Below the pieces are notes generated by a model. The model was not told the origin of the DNA. It did not search any database and saw only the letters and a program-made list of their open reading frames with translations. Below, in pieces: positions 25,547 through 36,451 of a stretch of DNA of 64,000 nucleotides. Origin of the DNA: Candidatus Stercoripulliclostridium sp. (lineage in GTDB: Bacteria > Bacillota > Clostridia > Christensenellales > DTU072); assembly GCA_045535235.1 (NCBI GenBank), contig JAZSLG010000071.1, positions 3,445 through 67,444 of the forward strand, read 5' to 3'. The translations under genes were made by a program, and so were the position numbers. How positions within the stretch are numbered: the stretch's first letter is position 1; each line of letters opens with the position of its first letter.

Positions 25547-25567
25547 ACGCCGATTTCGGCGTTTTTT
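25547..25567. terminator. bidirectional terminator between convergent genes
   Basis: acgccg-attt-cggcgt hairpin flanked by A6 and T6. Confidence 0.7.
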
Positions 25568-25592
25568 CGTTTATTGACGTTTTGTAAAGGGA

Positions 25593-26561
25593 TTAATACA
25601 AGGGAATGGGCTGACTAAAAGCAACGCCACCATCGCCTTCCAGTTCGGCACGGATATATTTTTCGCAACCTATGGGGTTAAAAGTTGCCTCGTTACTTAC
25701 GATCTCGCCACAAGAAATCCAAGTAACTTTATTATAATTAGTACCTTCTATAGTGTAAGAGCCGTCCTCGTTTTGGCTAATACGAGTGATGCGAGGTTCG
25801 TTGCCTTTTACGGCGTAAACTATTGCGTTGGTTACGGTGTAGAAATGTCCGTTACGGAAGGCGTACTCAATGCTTTCTTCCGACCTATCGGGAGCTTGGA
25901 ACATGGTAAAACTCCAACCTATATCGTCGGTATCGTGGGTGTCGTCCGTACCCATACCGTAAATATTTCTTTCCGGCATAAGTGCTGTTAGGCAGGCATC
26001 CCAAATTTCTCTGTCGTTTTCATATCTATCGTTGCGGTTTACTATTTCCATACCGATAATAGAGGGATAGTCGGTAAACCACTTTATGCGTTGCTCGTTA
26101 GTAACGTTATCGTATTTACCGGGGTGGTTTAGTACTGCTATACCACCGCCGTCTTCCACCATTTGGAAGATGTTTTCGGGAGTATCAATGGCAAAGTGTA
26201 CGTAGGTGTAAAAAATATTAATGTGAGCGATTACCCCTTCAGCCTCGTTGGAGCAAATGGGGGTAATATAGTAATCGGTTACGCCTATATCTTCAAAAGA
26301 GGTGCAACCAAAGTAGTGGTCGCTTATTGCCAAGATATCATAACCCATGTTTTGGTATTGGTATACACGGTCTTGGGGCCAAGTTGAACTATCAAAGCTT
26401 CTATTTGTGTGCGTGTGCGTGTTAGCTTTATATTGATTATAGGACCAAATATCTTCAGGTGGAGTAATTTCATCGGAAGATGGAGCAAATTGATTGCCAA
26501 CGATAGCTACGCTAGTTGCGATAAAGATAGCGAGCAAAAGAACGACAACGAGTTTTTTCAT
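25593..26561 (-). CDS. secreted PHP-domain (CehA/McbA-like) metallohydrolase
   Basis: Signal peptide MKKLVVVLLLAIFIATSVAIV. Motifs: NTHTHTNRS, ISDH, LNHP, GTDDTHD. Confidence 0.7.
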   Translation of the reverse strand: MKKLVVVLLLAIFIATSVAIVGNQFAPSSDEITPPEDIWSYNQYKANTHTHTNRSFDSSTWPQDRVYQYQNMGYDILAISDHYFGCTSFEDIGVTDYYITPICSNEAEGVIAHINIFYTYVHFAIDTPENIFQMVEDGGGIAVLNHPGKYDNVTNEQRIKWFTDYPSIIGMEIVNRNDRYENDREIWDACLTALMPERNIYGMGTDDTHDTDDIGWSFTMFQAPDRSEESIEYAFRNGHFYTVTNAIVYAVKGNEPRITRISQNEDGSYTIEGTNYNKVTWISCGEIVSNEATFNPIGCEKYIRAELEGDGGVAFSQPIPLY

Positions 26562-26814
26562 ACGAACCTACCTTATTTATTGGGTAATATTGTAGCACAA
26601 GTTTTTAGGTTTGAGAATGGGCAAGGCAAAATATTTCTATTAATTTTGAGATGATGGAGTAAATAAAAAGGAAAAGTTTGATGGAGTTTGGAATAAGTAT
26701 CAAAATCGTTTGACACCGAGAGGGAGAATAAATTAAAATAAATATGTATTTTTAATACATACTAAATAAAACAAATAACAAAAATGCCTAAAGGCAAAAA
26801 AATGGAGGACACAC

Positions 26815-28098
26815 ATGAAAAAAGTTTTAGCTATCGTTCTATGCGTAGCACTACTCGCAACTCTTTCTGCAGTACTTTTCGCTTGCAATCCTACGGACGA
26901 CAATGGTCTAAACGAGCTAACTTTACCTGCATATGATGGTATCGAAGCTCCCGACTATTCTACTTTGAATATCCCCGCTGATTTTAAGGTAGGTCTAATT
27001 TGTTTGCACGATAAGAACTCAACTTATGACAAGAACTTTATTGAAGCTATGGAAGACGCTCAAGCAACTCTTGGTCTAAGCAACGAACAAGTTGTTATCG
27101 TAACTGGTATTCCGGAAGATAACTCTTGCTACGATAAGGCAAGAGAACTTGCACAACAAGGTTGTGATATTATCTTTGCTAACAGCTTTGGACACGAACC
27201 CTTTATCCTTAGAGCTGCTCAAGAATTCCCCAACGTTCAATTCTGCCACGCTACCGGAACTATGGCACACACCTCTGACGTAGCAAACTTTGGTAATGCA
27301 TTCGCATCTATCTACGAAGGCCGTTATCTTGCTGGCGTTGCTGCAGGTCTCAAATTAAAGGAACTATATGCTGATGAAAACGGCAACGTTTCTGACCAAA
27401 ATGCAAAAATCGGCTACGTAGGCGCTTACACCTATGCAGAAGTTATCTCCGGTTACACCTCTTTCTATCTTGGCGTTAAGTCTATCGTTTCCAACGTAAC
27501 TATGGACGTTCAATTCACCGGTTCTTGGTATGATGAAACTGCTGAAAACAATGCTGCTAAAGCACTTATCAACGGCGGTGCAAAACTTATAAGCCAACAC
27601 GCTGACTCCATGGGCGCACCTAACGCTTGTGAAGAAGCTGGTATCCCCAACGTTTCTTACAATGGTTCTACCCTTGCTGCTTGCCCCAACACCTTTATCG
27701 TTTCTTCCAGAATCAACTGGACTCCTTACTATCTATATGCAATCGCTCAAAAAGTTAAGGGCGAAGCTGTTGCTAAGGATTGGACCGGCACTCTTAAAAC
27801 CGGCTCTGTAGTTCTAACCAACGTTGGCGGTACTGCTGCTGCAGAAGGCACTGTAGAAAAGATCGTTGAAGTACGTGGTAAGATCGCAAGTGGCGAAGTT
27901 AAAGTATTTGATATTAATACTTTCACCAAAGATGGTCAAAAAATTAACAGCTACAATGCAGACGTTGATACCGATGCTAATTACACTCCTGATACCGAAG
28001 TTATTTCTAACGGCGCATTTGAAGAAAGCAAACATCGTTCTGCTCCTTACTTTGATATCCAAATTGATGGTATCACCCTTCTAAATTCTGCATTCTAA
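26815..28098 (+). CDS. BMP-family ABC transporter substrate-binding lipoprotein (nucleoside-type)
   Basis: Lipobox LFAC. Bmp/PnrA-like pattern (GLICLHD..., GYVGA..., FTGSWYD). Followed by the cognate ATPase and two permeases. Confidence 0.85.
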   Translation: MKKVLAIVLCVALLATLSAVLFACNPTDDNGLNELTLPAYDGIEAPDYSTLNIPADFKVGLICLHDKNSTYDKNFIEAMEDAQATLGLSNEQVVIVTGIPEDNSCYDKARELAQQGCDIIFANSFGHEPFILRAAQEFPNVQFCHATGTMAHTSDVANFGNAFASIYEGRYLAGVAAGLKLKELYADENGNVSDQNAKIGYVGAYTYAEVISGYTSFYLGVKSIVSNVTMDVQFTGSWYDETAENNAAKALINGGAKLISQHADSMGAPNACEEAGIPNVSYNGSTLAACPNTFIVSSRINWTPYYLYAIAQKVKGEAVAKDWTGTLKTGSVVLTNVGGTAAAEGTVEKIVEVRGKIASGEVKVFDINTFTKDGQKINSYNADVDTDANYTPDTEVISNGAFEESKHRSAPYFDIQIDGITLLNSAF

Positions 28099-28211
28099 TA
28101 TAACTTAACAAACTTAAAGGAAAGGCGGAGTAAATCTCCGCCCTTTCCAATATTATCTCGTTAAGCGCACTTTTTTGGTTGCGCTTAATTTGGTAAAACG
28201 GAGGAAAAATA

Positions 28212-29924
28212 GTGAACCAAGTAGCTATAGAATTGAAAAAAGTTACAAAACGGTTTGGCTCGGTTGTGGCAAATAACGAAGTAGACCTTAGTGTTAACAA
28301 AGGTGAAATCCTTGCCCTCCTTGGCGAAAACGGTAGTGGTAAAACCACCCTTATGAATATGATATCGGGTATTTATTTCCCCGATAGTGGAAGTATTCTT
28401 ATAGATGGTAAGGAGGTCGTTATCACTTCTCCTATTGATGCTTATAAATATAAAATAGGCATGATTCACCAACATTTTAAGTTGGTAGATTTATTCTCCG
28501 CGGCAGACAATATTATATTGGGCGAAAAGATGCCGAAGTATAGTATTCGTGAAGAATACAAAAAGCTTCTTGCTGATAATGATTGGAAAGCATTAAATGG
28601 CAAGGAAAAATGCAAGCTCAGCCTAAAAATTTCAGCTTTACCTTTTATAAAGCTTGGTAAAAAAATGAAGTTCAATTACTTGGGCAGAAAAAGGGCTGTT
28701 GAACTACAAAAAATAGTTGATAAGTATGGTTTTAATATTAACTTATCAAGGAAAATATACGATATGTCCGTTTCCGAAAAACAGACTGTCGAAATTATAA
28801 AAGTTTTATATCGCGGTGCGGAAATTCTCATTCTTGATGAGCCTACCGCAGTTCTTACTCCTCAAGAAATAAAAAAACTATTTGACGTTTTGCGCAAAAT
28901 GCGTGATGATGGCAAAGCTATCATTATCATAACTCACAAGCTAAACGAGGTTATGGAGATTTCCGACAAAGTTACCATTCTGCGTAAAGGCGAGTATATT
29001 GGTACCGTCGAAACCAAGGACACCAGCGAAAAAGAACTTACCGAAATGATGGTAGGTAAAAAGATAGCCCTTAATATTGATAGGACAATACCGAAGGATG
29101 CCGTTGATAGGCTCGTCATAAAAGACCTTTCGGTTATTAACCATGAAAGAATTAAGGTTTTGGATAATGTTAATTTTGTCGCGAAGAGTGGTGAGATTTT
29201 GGGTATTGCAGGCATCGCAGGAAGCGGTCAAAGAGAATTATTGGAGTCAATTGCAGGCCTAGTTAAACTAGATGGTGGCGATATTATTTACTATGACCCC
29301 CAAAAGGATAATGAAGAAGTTGATTTGAAGAGTAAAACACCCGTTCAAATCAGAGAACTTGGCGTAAGGTTATCATTTGTTCCCGAAGACAGATTAGGCA
29401 TGGGACTCGTTGGTAATATGGATTTGACTGATAACGTAATGTTGCGTTCTTATAAAAAAGGACACTCCGTATTCGTTGATAGAAAGGCGCCACGCGAACT
29501 TGCCGAACACATTGTACACGACCTAGAAGTTGTTACACCTTCGGTCAAAACGGCTGTTAGAAAACTTTCCGGTGGTAACGTACAAAAGGTACTTGTTGGT
29601 AGAGAAATTGCTTCCGCACCCACCGTTTTGATGGCTGCATATCCCGTAAGAGGCCTAGATATAAATTCTTCATATACTATTTATAATTTGCTTAACGATC
29701 AAAAAGAAAAGGGTGTTGCCGTTATCTTTGTTGGTGAAGATTTGGACGTTCTTATTGATTTGTGTGATAGAATACTTGTTCTTTGCGGAGGTAAAGTAAG
29801 TGGTATTGTAGATGCACGTAACTGCACTAAGGAAGAAATCGGCTTACTTATGACTTCGTTGCCCGAAAAAATAGATATTTTTGATGACGTTATTGAAGAT
29901 AATACAGAGGTGGGAAATGAGTAA
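28212..29924 (+). CDS. ABC transporter ATP-binding protein, two fused NBDs
   Basis: GTG start. NBD1 has GENGSGKTT and ILILDEPTA. NBD2 has GIAGSGQ, LSGGNVQK and the D-loop region. Confidence 0.9.
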   Translation: MNQVAIELKKVTKRFGSVVANNEVDLSVNKGEILALLGENGSGKTTLMNMISGIYFPDSGSILIDGKEVVITSPIDAYKYKIGMIHQHFKLVDLFSAADNIILGEKMPKYSIREEYKKLLADNDWKALNGKEKCKLSLKISALPFIKLGKKMKFNYLGRKRAVELQKIVDKYGFNINLSRKIYDMSVSEKQTVEIIKVLYRGAEILILDEPTAVLTPQEIKKLFDVLRKMRDDGKAIIIITHKLNEVMEISDKVTILRKGEYIGTVETKDTSEKELTEMMVGKKIALNIDRTIPKDAVDRLVIKDLSVINHERIKVLDNVNFVAKSGEILGIAGIAGSGQRELLESIAGLVKLDGGDIIYYDPQKDNEEVDLKSKTPVQIRELGVRLSFVPEDRLGMGLVGNMDLTDNVMLRSYKKGHSVFVDRKAPRELAEHIVHDLEVVTPSVKTAVRKLSGGNVQKVLVGREIASAPTVLMAAYPVRGLDINSSYTIYNLLNDQKEKGVAVIFVGEDLDVLIDLCDRILVLCGGKVSGIVDARNCTKEEIGLLMTSLPEKIDIFDDVIEDNTEVGNE

Positions 29925-31146
29925 TAAAGTAAAAACGGCAAGAGAACCTCTTTTTCATTTGAACAAGAGAACAGATATTAGTACAGGAAAGGCATGGTTT
30001 ATTAGAGTCGCGATGTTCATTTTTGCCTTCTTATTTAGCTCTATATTAACCATTCTATTATCGGGCCAAACGGTTGCATTCTTCTTCAAGTATTTCTTTG
30101 AAGGTGCATTCGGCGCAAAAGGAGTTACCGACGTAATTTGGGATTTGTTCTATGAAACTGCATTGCTTCTAATGATAGCTCTTGCGGTAACGCCTGCTTT
30201 CAAAATGCGTTTTTGGAACATAGGTGGAGAAGGACAAATTCTTATGGGCGCTCTTGGAACCGCCGTTATTATGAACGCTATGGGAGCTACAGCTGTTGAC
30301 GGTGTTAAATCCGACGGATTAACGATATTCTTATCTTTGTTGCTAGCTATGGCTTTTGGTATGGCATGGGCAGTTATTCCAGCACTCTTTAAGGCAAAGT
30401 GGAATACTAACGAAACCCTTTTGACACTTATGATGAATTACATAGCCATTAGATTAGTTCAATATTTTACAAAAGCCGCAGACCCAAGAGGAACAGGTTC
30501 ATTGTTCTTTAACGACGGACTTATTGCCGGTATAGCGGATAATCAAAGCATTCTTCCCATTATAATAAGTATTGTTTTAACTATAATTATGGCTATATAT
30601 TTTAATTATAGCAAGCATGGTTATGAAATTACCGTAGTAGGTGAATCTGAAAATACTGCTCGTTACGTTGGTATTAATACGAAGAAAGTGGTTATTAGAA
30701 CTTTATTACTATGCGGTGTTTTGAGTGGAATTATTGGATTCTTACTAGTAAGTGCAAAGAACTATTCCATTAACATGGATGCTGTAGGAGGCCGTGGTTT
30801 TACCGGTGTTCTTATTTCTTGGCTAGGACATTTTAATCCTTTTGCTATGGGCCTTTGTTCTTTTTTATACGCATTCGCTTTGCGTGGTTCAAGTAACGTA
30901 GGCAATATGGCAAGAATGGGTGATTCCTACGCGAACATTATAGTAGGTATTTTATTCCTCTTTATTTTGGCAACCGAGTTCTTTATTAACTATAAAGTGA
31001 CTTTCAAACATGGTGGCAAAGTTAAGGCATTCTTCCAAAAAATTATTGGAAAAATGATTAAAAAGGAAAACGTTGTAGTTGCTTCTAATGAAGAAGCCAC
31101 GCTAACTATATCGGCAAACGACGAGGCGCAAGAGGAGGACAAATAA
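29917..31146 (+). CDS. ABC transporter permease (BMP/nucleoside type)
   Basis: Multi-TM protein. The ATG at 29917 has RBS agaggtggg and overlaps the ATPase stop. The TTG at 29881 in the ORF track is less likely. Confidence 0.85.
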   Translation: MSNKVKTAREPLFHLNKRTDISTGKAWFIRVAMFIFAFLFSSILTILLSGQTVAFFFKYFFEGAFGAKGVTDVIWDLFYETALLLMIALAVTPAFKMRFWNIGGEGQILMGALGTAVIMNAMGATAVDGVKSDGLTIFLSLLLAMAFGMAWAVIPALFKAKWNTNETLLTLMMNYIAIRLVQYFTKAADPRGTGSLFFNDGLIAGIADNQSILPIIISIVLTIIMAIYFNYSKHGYEITVVGESENTARYVGINTKKVVIRTLLLCGVLSGIIGFLLVSAKNYSINMDAVGGRGFTGVLISWLGHFNPFAMGLCSFLYAFALRGSSNVGNMARMGDSYANIIVGILFLFILATEFFINYKVTFKHGGKVKAFFQKIIGKMIKKENVVVASNEEATLTISANDEAQEEDK

Positions 31147-32096
31147 TGATAGTAGCGAATATTTTATCACAAGCAATAAGATTTGGCACTGTATTCCTCT
31201 TGGGTTCCACCGGAGAAACAATAATAGAAAAGTCTGGTCACCTCAACCTTGGTATCCCTGGTATTATGTGTATGGGCGCTATTGGTGGATGCATTGGCGC
31301 TAAAATGGCTCAAACGGCAGGAATGCCTCCGATTCTAATAATTTTAATGGCTATTCTATTTGCTATGTTATTTGGCGCGATATTGGGTATAGTTTATGGC
31401 TTTTTTACCATTACGCTTAGATGTAATCAAAACGTTACCGGACTTATACTCACTACTCTTGGTACTGGTATACTAAGTTATTGGAGTTCTACCTTGGAAT
31501 TAGGTATGTTTGCTAGGGTAAGTTTGAACTTTACTAAACCCTTGTTCGGCACTGTTGGCAAGGATTGGTTTAGCACGATATTCCTTTCACATGGTGTATT
31601 GGTGTACGTTGCCATAATTATTGCTATAATAGTGGCTTTCGTCCTTAAAAAAACCAGAGTAGGTTTATCCCTTAATGCAATTGGAGAAAACCCTGCAGCC
31701 GCTGATGCTGCTGGTATCAACGTTACTCAATATAAATATGGTGCGTGTATTATTGGTTCAATGATAGCTGGTATAGGCGGTGCTTTCTATTATCTAGATT
31801 GTACTCGTGGGTCAATCGAACCCGGTGTTATTGATGCTATGGGTTGGCTTTCTGTTGCGTTGGTTATATTTACTCTATGGCGTCCCGGTATTGCAATTTT
31901 GGGTTCGTTTGTTTTCGGATTACTTTATATTTTACCGGAATATATTACGGGAATTGACCTTGCAATGAAGGAATTCTTAAAGATTATTCCCTACGTGGTA
32001 ACCGCATTAGTTCTTATAGTTATTTCGATGTTTAACAAAAAGGAAACTCAACCCCCGTCGGCTCTTGGATTAACCTATTTTAGAGAAGAACGATGA
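31146..32096 (+). CDS. ABC transporter permease (second subunit)
   Basis: Multi-TM protein. The start overlaps the previous stop. Confidence 0.85.
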   Translation: MIVANILSQAIRFGTVFLLGSTGETIIEKSGHLNLGIPGIMCMGAIGGCIGAKMAQTAGMPPILIILMAILFAMLFGAILGIVYGFFTITLRCNQNVTGLILTTLGTGILSYWSSTLELGMFARVSLNFTKPLFGTVGKDWFSTIFLSHGVLVYVAIIIAIIVAFVLKKTRVGLSLNAIGENPAAADAAGINVTQYKYGACIIGSMIAGIGGAFYYLDCTRGSIEPGVIDAMGWLSVALVIFTLWRPGIAILGSFVFGLLYILPEYITGIDLAMKEFLKIIPYVVTALVLIVISMFNKKETQPPSALGLTYFREER

Positions 32097-32707
32097 TGGA
32101 TAACTTGGAACGTATGAAGGCGGGGTTATTATATGACCCCACCACGAACGACGTTATGGATTATCAACTTTCCTTGCTTGATAAGATGGTAGAGTATAAC
32201 AATACTCTACCTCGTGAGCAGGAAAGACGACAAATATTACTCAAAGAGCTATTTGGGGCCGTTGGTAAAGGTTGTTACATTGAGGCTCCTTACCACGCTA
32301 ATTGGGGTGGTAAAAACGTTTTCCTTGGTGACTACGTATACGCTAACTTTGGTTTAACTCTCGTTGACGACGCTAATATCTACGTGGGAAACAACGTTAT
32401 GTTTGCGCCAAACGTCGTAGTTGCTACTGCAGGGCATCCACTTAATCCCACTTTGAGAGAAAAGGGTTACCAATATAACCAAGAAGTACGTATTGGTAAT
32501 AACGTGTGGATAGGCGCTAACGCCACCATTCTTCCCGGCGTAACCATTGGAGATAACTCTGTAATAGGGGCGGGTGCCGTTGTAAGCAAGGATATTCCTT
32601 CCAACGTTTTAGCCCTTGGTGTTCCGGCAAAAGTGGTTAGAGAGATAGGGGAACACGACAAAGAATATTATTTTCGCGATAAAAAAATCGACATTCCAAT
32701 AGAATAA
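32093..32707 (+). CDS. maltose/galactoside O-acetyltransferase-like hexapeptide-repeat acetyltransferase
   Basis: Maa N-terminal pattern (MKAGLLYDP) and left-handed beta-helix hexapeptides (IGNNVWIGANATILPGVTIGDNSVIGAGAVV). Confidence 0.85.
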   Translation: MMDNLERMKAGLLYDPTTNDVMDYQLSLLDKMVEYNNTLPREQERRQILLKELFGAVGKGCYIEAPYHANWGGKNVFLGDYVYANFGLTLVDDANIYVGNNVMFAPNVVVATAGHPLNPTLREKGYQYNQEVRIGNNVWIGANATILPGVTIGDNSVIGAGAVVSKDIPSNVLALGVPAKVVREIGEHDKEYYFRDKKIDIPIE

Positions 32708-32737
32708 CGCATATTTTACAAAAGATAAAGGAGCAAC

Positions 32738-34753
32738 GTGGCTAAAAAAGGTATTCTTATTATCCTTTTAGCATTAATTCTCGGCTGTATTCCTGCAGTC
32801 TATTTAGTAGAGAGCAATAGCCGTGAATATGCCTTTTCCAGTGCATCTTTAGACGAGTCTTACGCCATTTCTTCCAATCTTTACGGCATTTTTATAGAAG
32901 ACATTAATTACGCGGTTGACGGTGGGCTTAATGCCAATCTCATCCAAAACAATTCATTTGAATATTCATTTTTTAACGGAGCAAAAGACAATAAAATAGA
33001 ATATGCCAAGTCTAGATTCTGGGAACTTGACGATGCTTGTCGTATCGTTACGGAGTCTCCTATTGCAAAAGAAAACCCTACTTCGTTAAAAATTACTCTT
33101 TCAGGCGGAGTATCTACTATATATAACGTAGGATACGGCGAAATTGAAAAAGAAAGCGCCTCTATCCCCATGAACGCGGGTGAAACCTATGGTTTTGCAG
33201 TCTACGTGTTGGGAAATAGTTTTGAGGGAAATCTGTCCGTTTCCGTCGTAACCGAGGAGGGGCAACCACTAACTACCATAACTAAAATGGAAATTGCTCC
33301 GATTGCTTCGTATAAGCGATATGAAAGAGAGATAACGGCTCTTACTAGCGGTAATGGTAAGCTAAAAATAGAAGTTAGCGGAAGCGGTACTTTGTACCTT
33401 GATACTTTTACGTTACGCAGTACGACCTCTTACGGATACGGAAAAGAAGCATGGGGAGAAAGCTCCGTTCGTCTTGACTTATTTAATGCCCTAAAAGACC
33501 TTAATCCCTCCTTCCTACGATTTCCGGGCGGGTGCTTAGCAGAAGGCGCCTTTACTTGGGAGAACGATTACGATTGGAAAAGTACCGTAGGATCCAACGA
33601 GAAGCGTGTTCAAATGCCAAATCTTTGGGGATATTTCCAAAGCATGGAAATAGGCTTTTACGAATACTTTTTGTTAAGTGAGGCACTTGGCGCCACTCCC
33701 GTACCTGTGATTGGGGCGGGCGTACTGTGTCAAGCAAGAGGAGGCGGAAAATATCCGTTGGAGATAGAAAGCGAGCAGTTTGAGGCCATCGTAAACAATG
33801 CTATCGACCTCGTAGAGTTTGCAAATGGTGATGAAAGCACCCTTTACGGTTCTCTGCGCGCAAGTATGGGACATCCAGAGCCTTTTAATATGAAATATCT
33901 AGCCGTTGGTAACGAGAACTGGGGAGAGGAATATTACTCACGTTTCGAGGTGATTTATAACGCGCTAAAAGCCAAATATCCCGAGATAGTCGTTGTTTCC
34001 TCGTCGGGACCTAAACCAAGTGGCGAAGAATACGACTACAATTGGAGCGTTGTTAGAGAAAAATTTGCAGATACCGTGGTGGACGAGCATTACTACGTCG
34101 GCTCAGACGAACTTGAAAGCTTTTATTCTCGCTATGACGAATTTCCACGCACAACGGGTGTATTCGTCGGTGAATACGCCTCACACAGCGACTATTTCGT
34201 TTGGTGGGATATGGTAACGAGAAACAACTGGGACTCCGCGCTTAGCGAAGGTGCCTTTTTGACGGGCATAGAACGCAACGGAGATATTGTTGAAATGGCA
34301 ACCTATGCTCCGCTACTTTCAAAATACGGCTATCACGCTTGGGCACCGGACTTAATATGGTTTGATACGCACGACGTTGTTTTAACTCCAAACTATTACG
34401 TACAATATCTAAATATGAATTACGTGGGTGACGAATATCTGCCTCTTATTGGTAAGCAGAGAGAAAACGGACTTTATAGTTCGCTTACCATCAACCGTGC
34501 GGAGGGGAAAGCCTATCTAAAGGTGGTTAATACTTCAAACAGTGCGATAACTCTTAAAGCCGATTTAACCTCGCTTGGGGAATTGGGTAATATCACTAAA
34601 CGTTATATAAGGAATAATAATATAAAGATATATAACGATATAAATAAAGAAAGAATAGGTATCGAGAGTGAGGTTGTAATAACGAACGAATCGGTACTAA
34701 ACGACTTCCTACCCAAATATTCCTATACGGTTTTTGAAATAGATTTTAATTAA
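32738..34753 (+). CDS. alpha-L-arabinofuranosidase (GH51-like) with an N-terminal CBM-like region
   Basis: LRFPGGCLAEG, VGNENWG and FVGEYA motifs. N-terminal TM/signal anchor. GTG start. Confidence 0.8.
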   Translation: MAKKGILIILLALILGCIPAVYLVESNSREYAFSSASLDESYAISSNLYGIFIEDINYAVDGGLNANLIQNNSFEYSFFNGAKDNKIEYAKSRFWELDDACRIVTESPIAKENPTSLKITLSGGVSTIYNVGYGEIEKESASIPMNAGETYGFAVYVLGNSFEGNLSVSVVTEEGQPLTTITKMEIAPIASYKRYEREITALTSGNGKLKIEVSGSGTLYLDTFTLRSTTSYGYGKEAWGESSVRLDLFNALKDLNPSFLRFPGGCLAEGAFTWENDYDWKSTVGSNEKRVQMPNLWGYFQSMEIGFYEYFLLSEALGATPVPVIGAGVLCQARGGGKYPLEIESEQFEAIVNNAIDLVEFANGDESTLYGSLRASMGHPEPFNMKYLAVGNENWGEEYYSRFEVIYNALKAKYPEIVVVSSSGPKPSGEEYDYNWSVVREKFADTVVDEHYYVGSDELESFYSRYDEFPRTTGVFVGEYASHSDYFVWWDMVTRNNWDSALSEGAFLTGIERNGDIVEMATYAPLLSKYGYHAWAPDLIWFDTHDVVLTPNYYVQYLNMNYVGDEYLPLIGKQRENGLYSSLTINRAEGKAYLKVVNTSNSAITLKADLTSLGELGNITKRYIRNNNIKIYNDINKERIGIESEVVITNESVLNDFLPKYSYTVFEIDFN

Positions 34754-34950
34754 TGGTTAAAAAACATTGTAAATGGGGCGTTAGCCCATTTTTTTTGCAA
34801 TTTTGAGGTACGATTTTATTTTCTAAAAAAAATTTTAAAAAATATTGAAAAAACACTTTACAACTTTAGCGCAATGAAGTATAATACAAGCATCGCTTCA
34901 GTACTCTAAAGTGATAAAGCAAAAAATAAATCCAAAAAGGAAGTATTAGT

Positions 34951-35748
34951 ATGAAAAAGTTTTTAATGATTCTCTTAGTAGTTGCTCTCGGCGTATCCGC
35001 TATTTTTGGCCTCGTTGCTTGCCAAGATGAAACCCCGTCTGATCTCCAAGCAGTTAAAGATGCTGACAAGCTCGTAGTTGGCGTAACCGTATATCCTCCT
35101 ATGGATTACATTGATGAAGAGACTGGCGAATGGACCGGCTTTGATGCAGACCTTGCTAAAATGTTTGCAGACTCTCTCGGCGTAAACTGCCAAATCGTTA
35201 TCATTAACTGGAGCGAAAAAGTAGCTGAACTCAACTCCAAACAAATTGACCTTGTTTGGAACGGCATGACAGCTAGTGACGAACTAGGACAAGAAATTGA
35301 TTTTTCCGTATCATATGCAAAGAATGCACAAGTAGCAGTTGTTAAGGCTGATAGCACTATCACCAAGGATCAAGTTAAGACCGCTACCATCGCTGTTGAA
35401 AATGGCTCCGCAGGCATGACTGTTGCTCAAGATGACATCAAAGCAACTAACATCACTCCCGTTACGGCGCAAGTAGATGCACTTAACGAAGTTAAGGCTG
35501 GCACTTCCCAAGTCGCTATCGTAGATATCACCATGGCACAAAACCTAGTAGGAAAAGGCGAATATGCAAACCTTAAGATGGTTGAAGGTGCTTCTTACGG
35601 CGATGAAATCTTTGCAGTAGGTTTAAGAAAAGGAAGCGACATCAAAGCTGAACTAGACGCTTTCTTGAAGGCAAAATACGCAGACGGCACAATCACTGCT
35701 CTAGCAGAAAAATACAACGTAGGTATCAACGAAGACGCTCTCAAATAA
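34951..35748 (+). CDS. amino-acid ABC transporter substrate-binding lipoprotein
   Basis: Lipobox LVAC. SBP_bac_3 pattern (GFDADLAK..., WNGMT). Confidence 0.85.
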   Translation: MKKFLMILLVVALGVSAIFGLVACQDETPSDLQAVKDADKLVVGVTVYPPMDYIDEETGEWTGFDADLAKMFADSLGVNCQIVIINWSEKVAELNSKQIDLVWNGMTASDELGQEIDFSVSYAKNAQVAVVKADSTITKDQVKTATIAVENGSAGMTVAQDDIKATNITPVTAQVDALNEVKAGTSQVAIVDITMAQNLVGKGEYANLKMVEGASYGDEIFAVGLRKGSDIKAELDAFLKAKYADGTITALAEKYNVGINEDALK

Positions 35749-35760
35749 AAAGGATAACTA

Positions 35761-36450
35761 ATGGAACAATTTGCAAATGTATCGTTACGCTTGCTGGAAG
35801 GCTTTTCATCATCCGTAATAATATTCATCTCAACTCTAATATTTGCAATACCCTTAGGACTAGTTATAGCATTTTGCTCAATGAGCAAGTTTGCTCCACT
35901 AAGAATGGTATCAAGAACAATAGTGTGGGTGCTACGTGGCACCCCACTAATGTTGCAGATATTTGTAATATTCTATCTGCCCGGATTGCTCAACTTGTTC
36001 GTGTGGCCGTCAATGAATACCGGCTGGGAATGGTTTGATAGAACTATTTCGACTCGTCTTATAGCAACGGTAGTAGCTTTCTCCATCAACTATGCAGCCT
36101 ATTTTTCGGAAATATTCCGTGGCGGTATCGAAGGTATACCGAAGGGACAAATGGAAGCCGGAGAAGTGCTAGGAATGACCAAAACAAAAATATTCTTCAA
36201 GATTATCCTAATGCAAGTAGTCAAGAGAATTATTCCTCCCATGAGCAACGAAATCATAACGCTCATCAAGGATACTGCACTTGCAAATGTAATCGGTGTA
36301 TTAGAGTTGAATTATAGAGCAAAAGAATTCATGCTCCAAGGCTTGATTTGGCCTCTATTCTACGCAGGTGCATACTATTTGATATTCGTAGGTGCATTAA
36401 CAGTACTATTCAACTGGATAGAAAAGAAACTTTCCTACTATAAGGTGTAA
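35761..36450 (+). CDS. amino-acid ABC transporter permease
   Basis: Multi-TM protein with the EAA-like loop ([10 protein letters not shown]) typical of HisM/GlnP-type permeases. Confidence 0.85.
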   Translation: MEQFANVSLRLLEGFSSSVIIFISTLIFAIPLGLVIAFCSMSKFAPLRMVSRTIVWVLRGTPLMLQIFVIFYLPGLLNLFVWPSMNTGWEWFDRTISTRLIATVVAFSINYAAYFSEIFRGGIEGIPKGQMEAGEVLGMTKTKIFFKIILMQVVKRIIPPMSNEIITLIKDTALANVIGVLELNYRAKEFMLQGLIWPLFYAGAYYLIFVGALTVLFNWIEKKLSYYKV

Positions 36451-36451
36451 T

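Noticed and set aside
26562-26814. Possible riboswitch upstream of the BMP nucleoside transporter operon.
   Set aside because: Only short hairpins are visible (tatgtat-N5-atacata; tgcc-taaa-ggca). I could not recognise any conserved riboswitch core (purine, preQ1 and the like). A cmscan would be needed.
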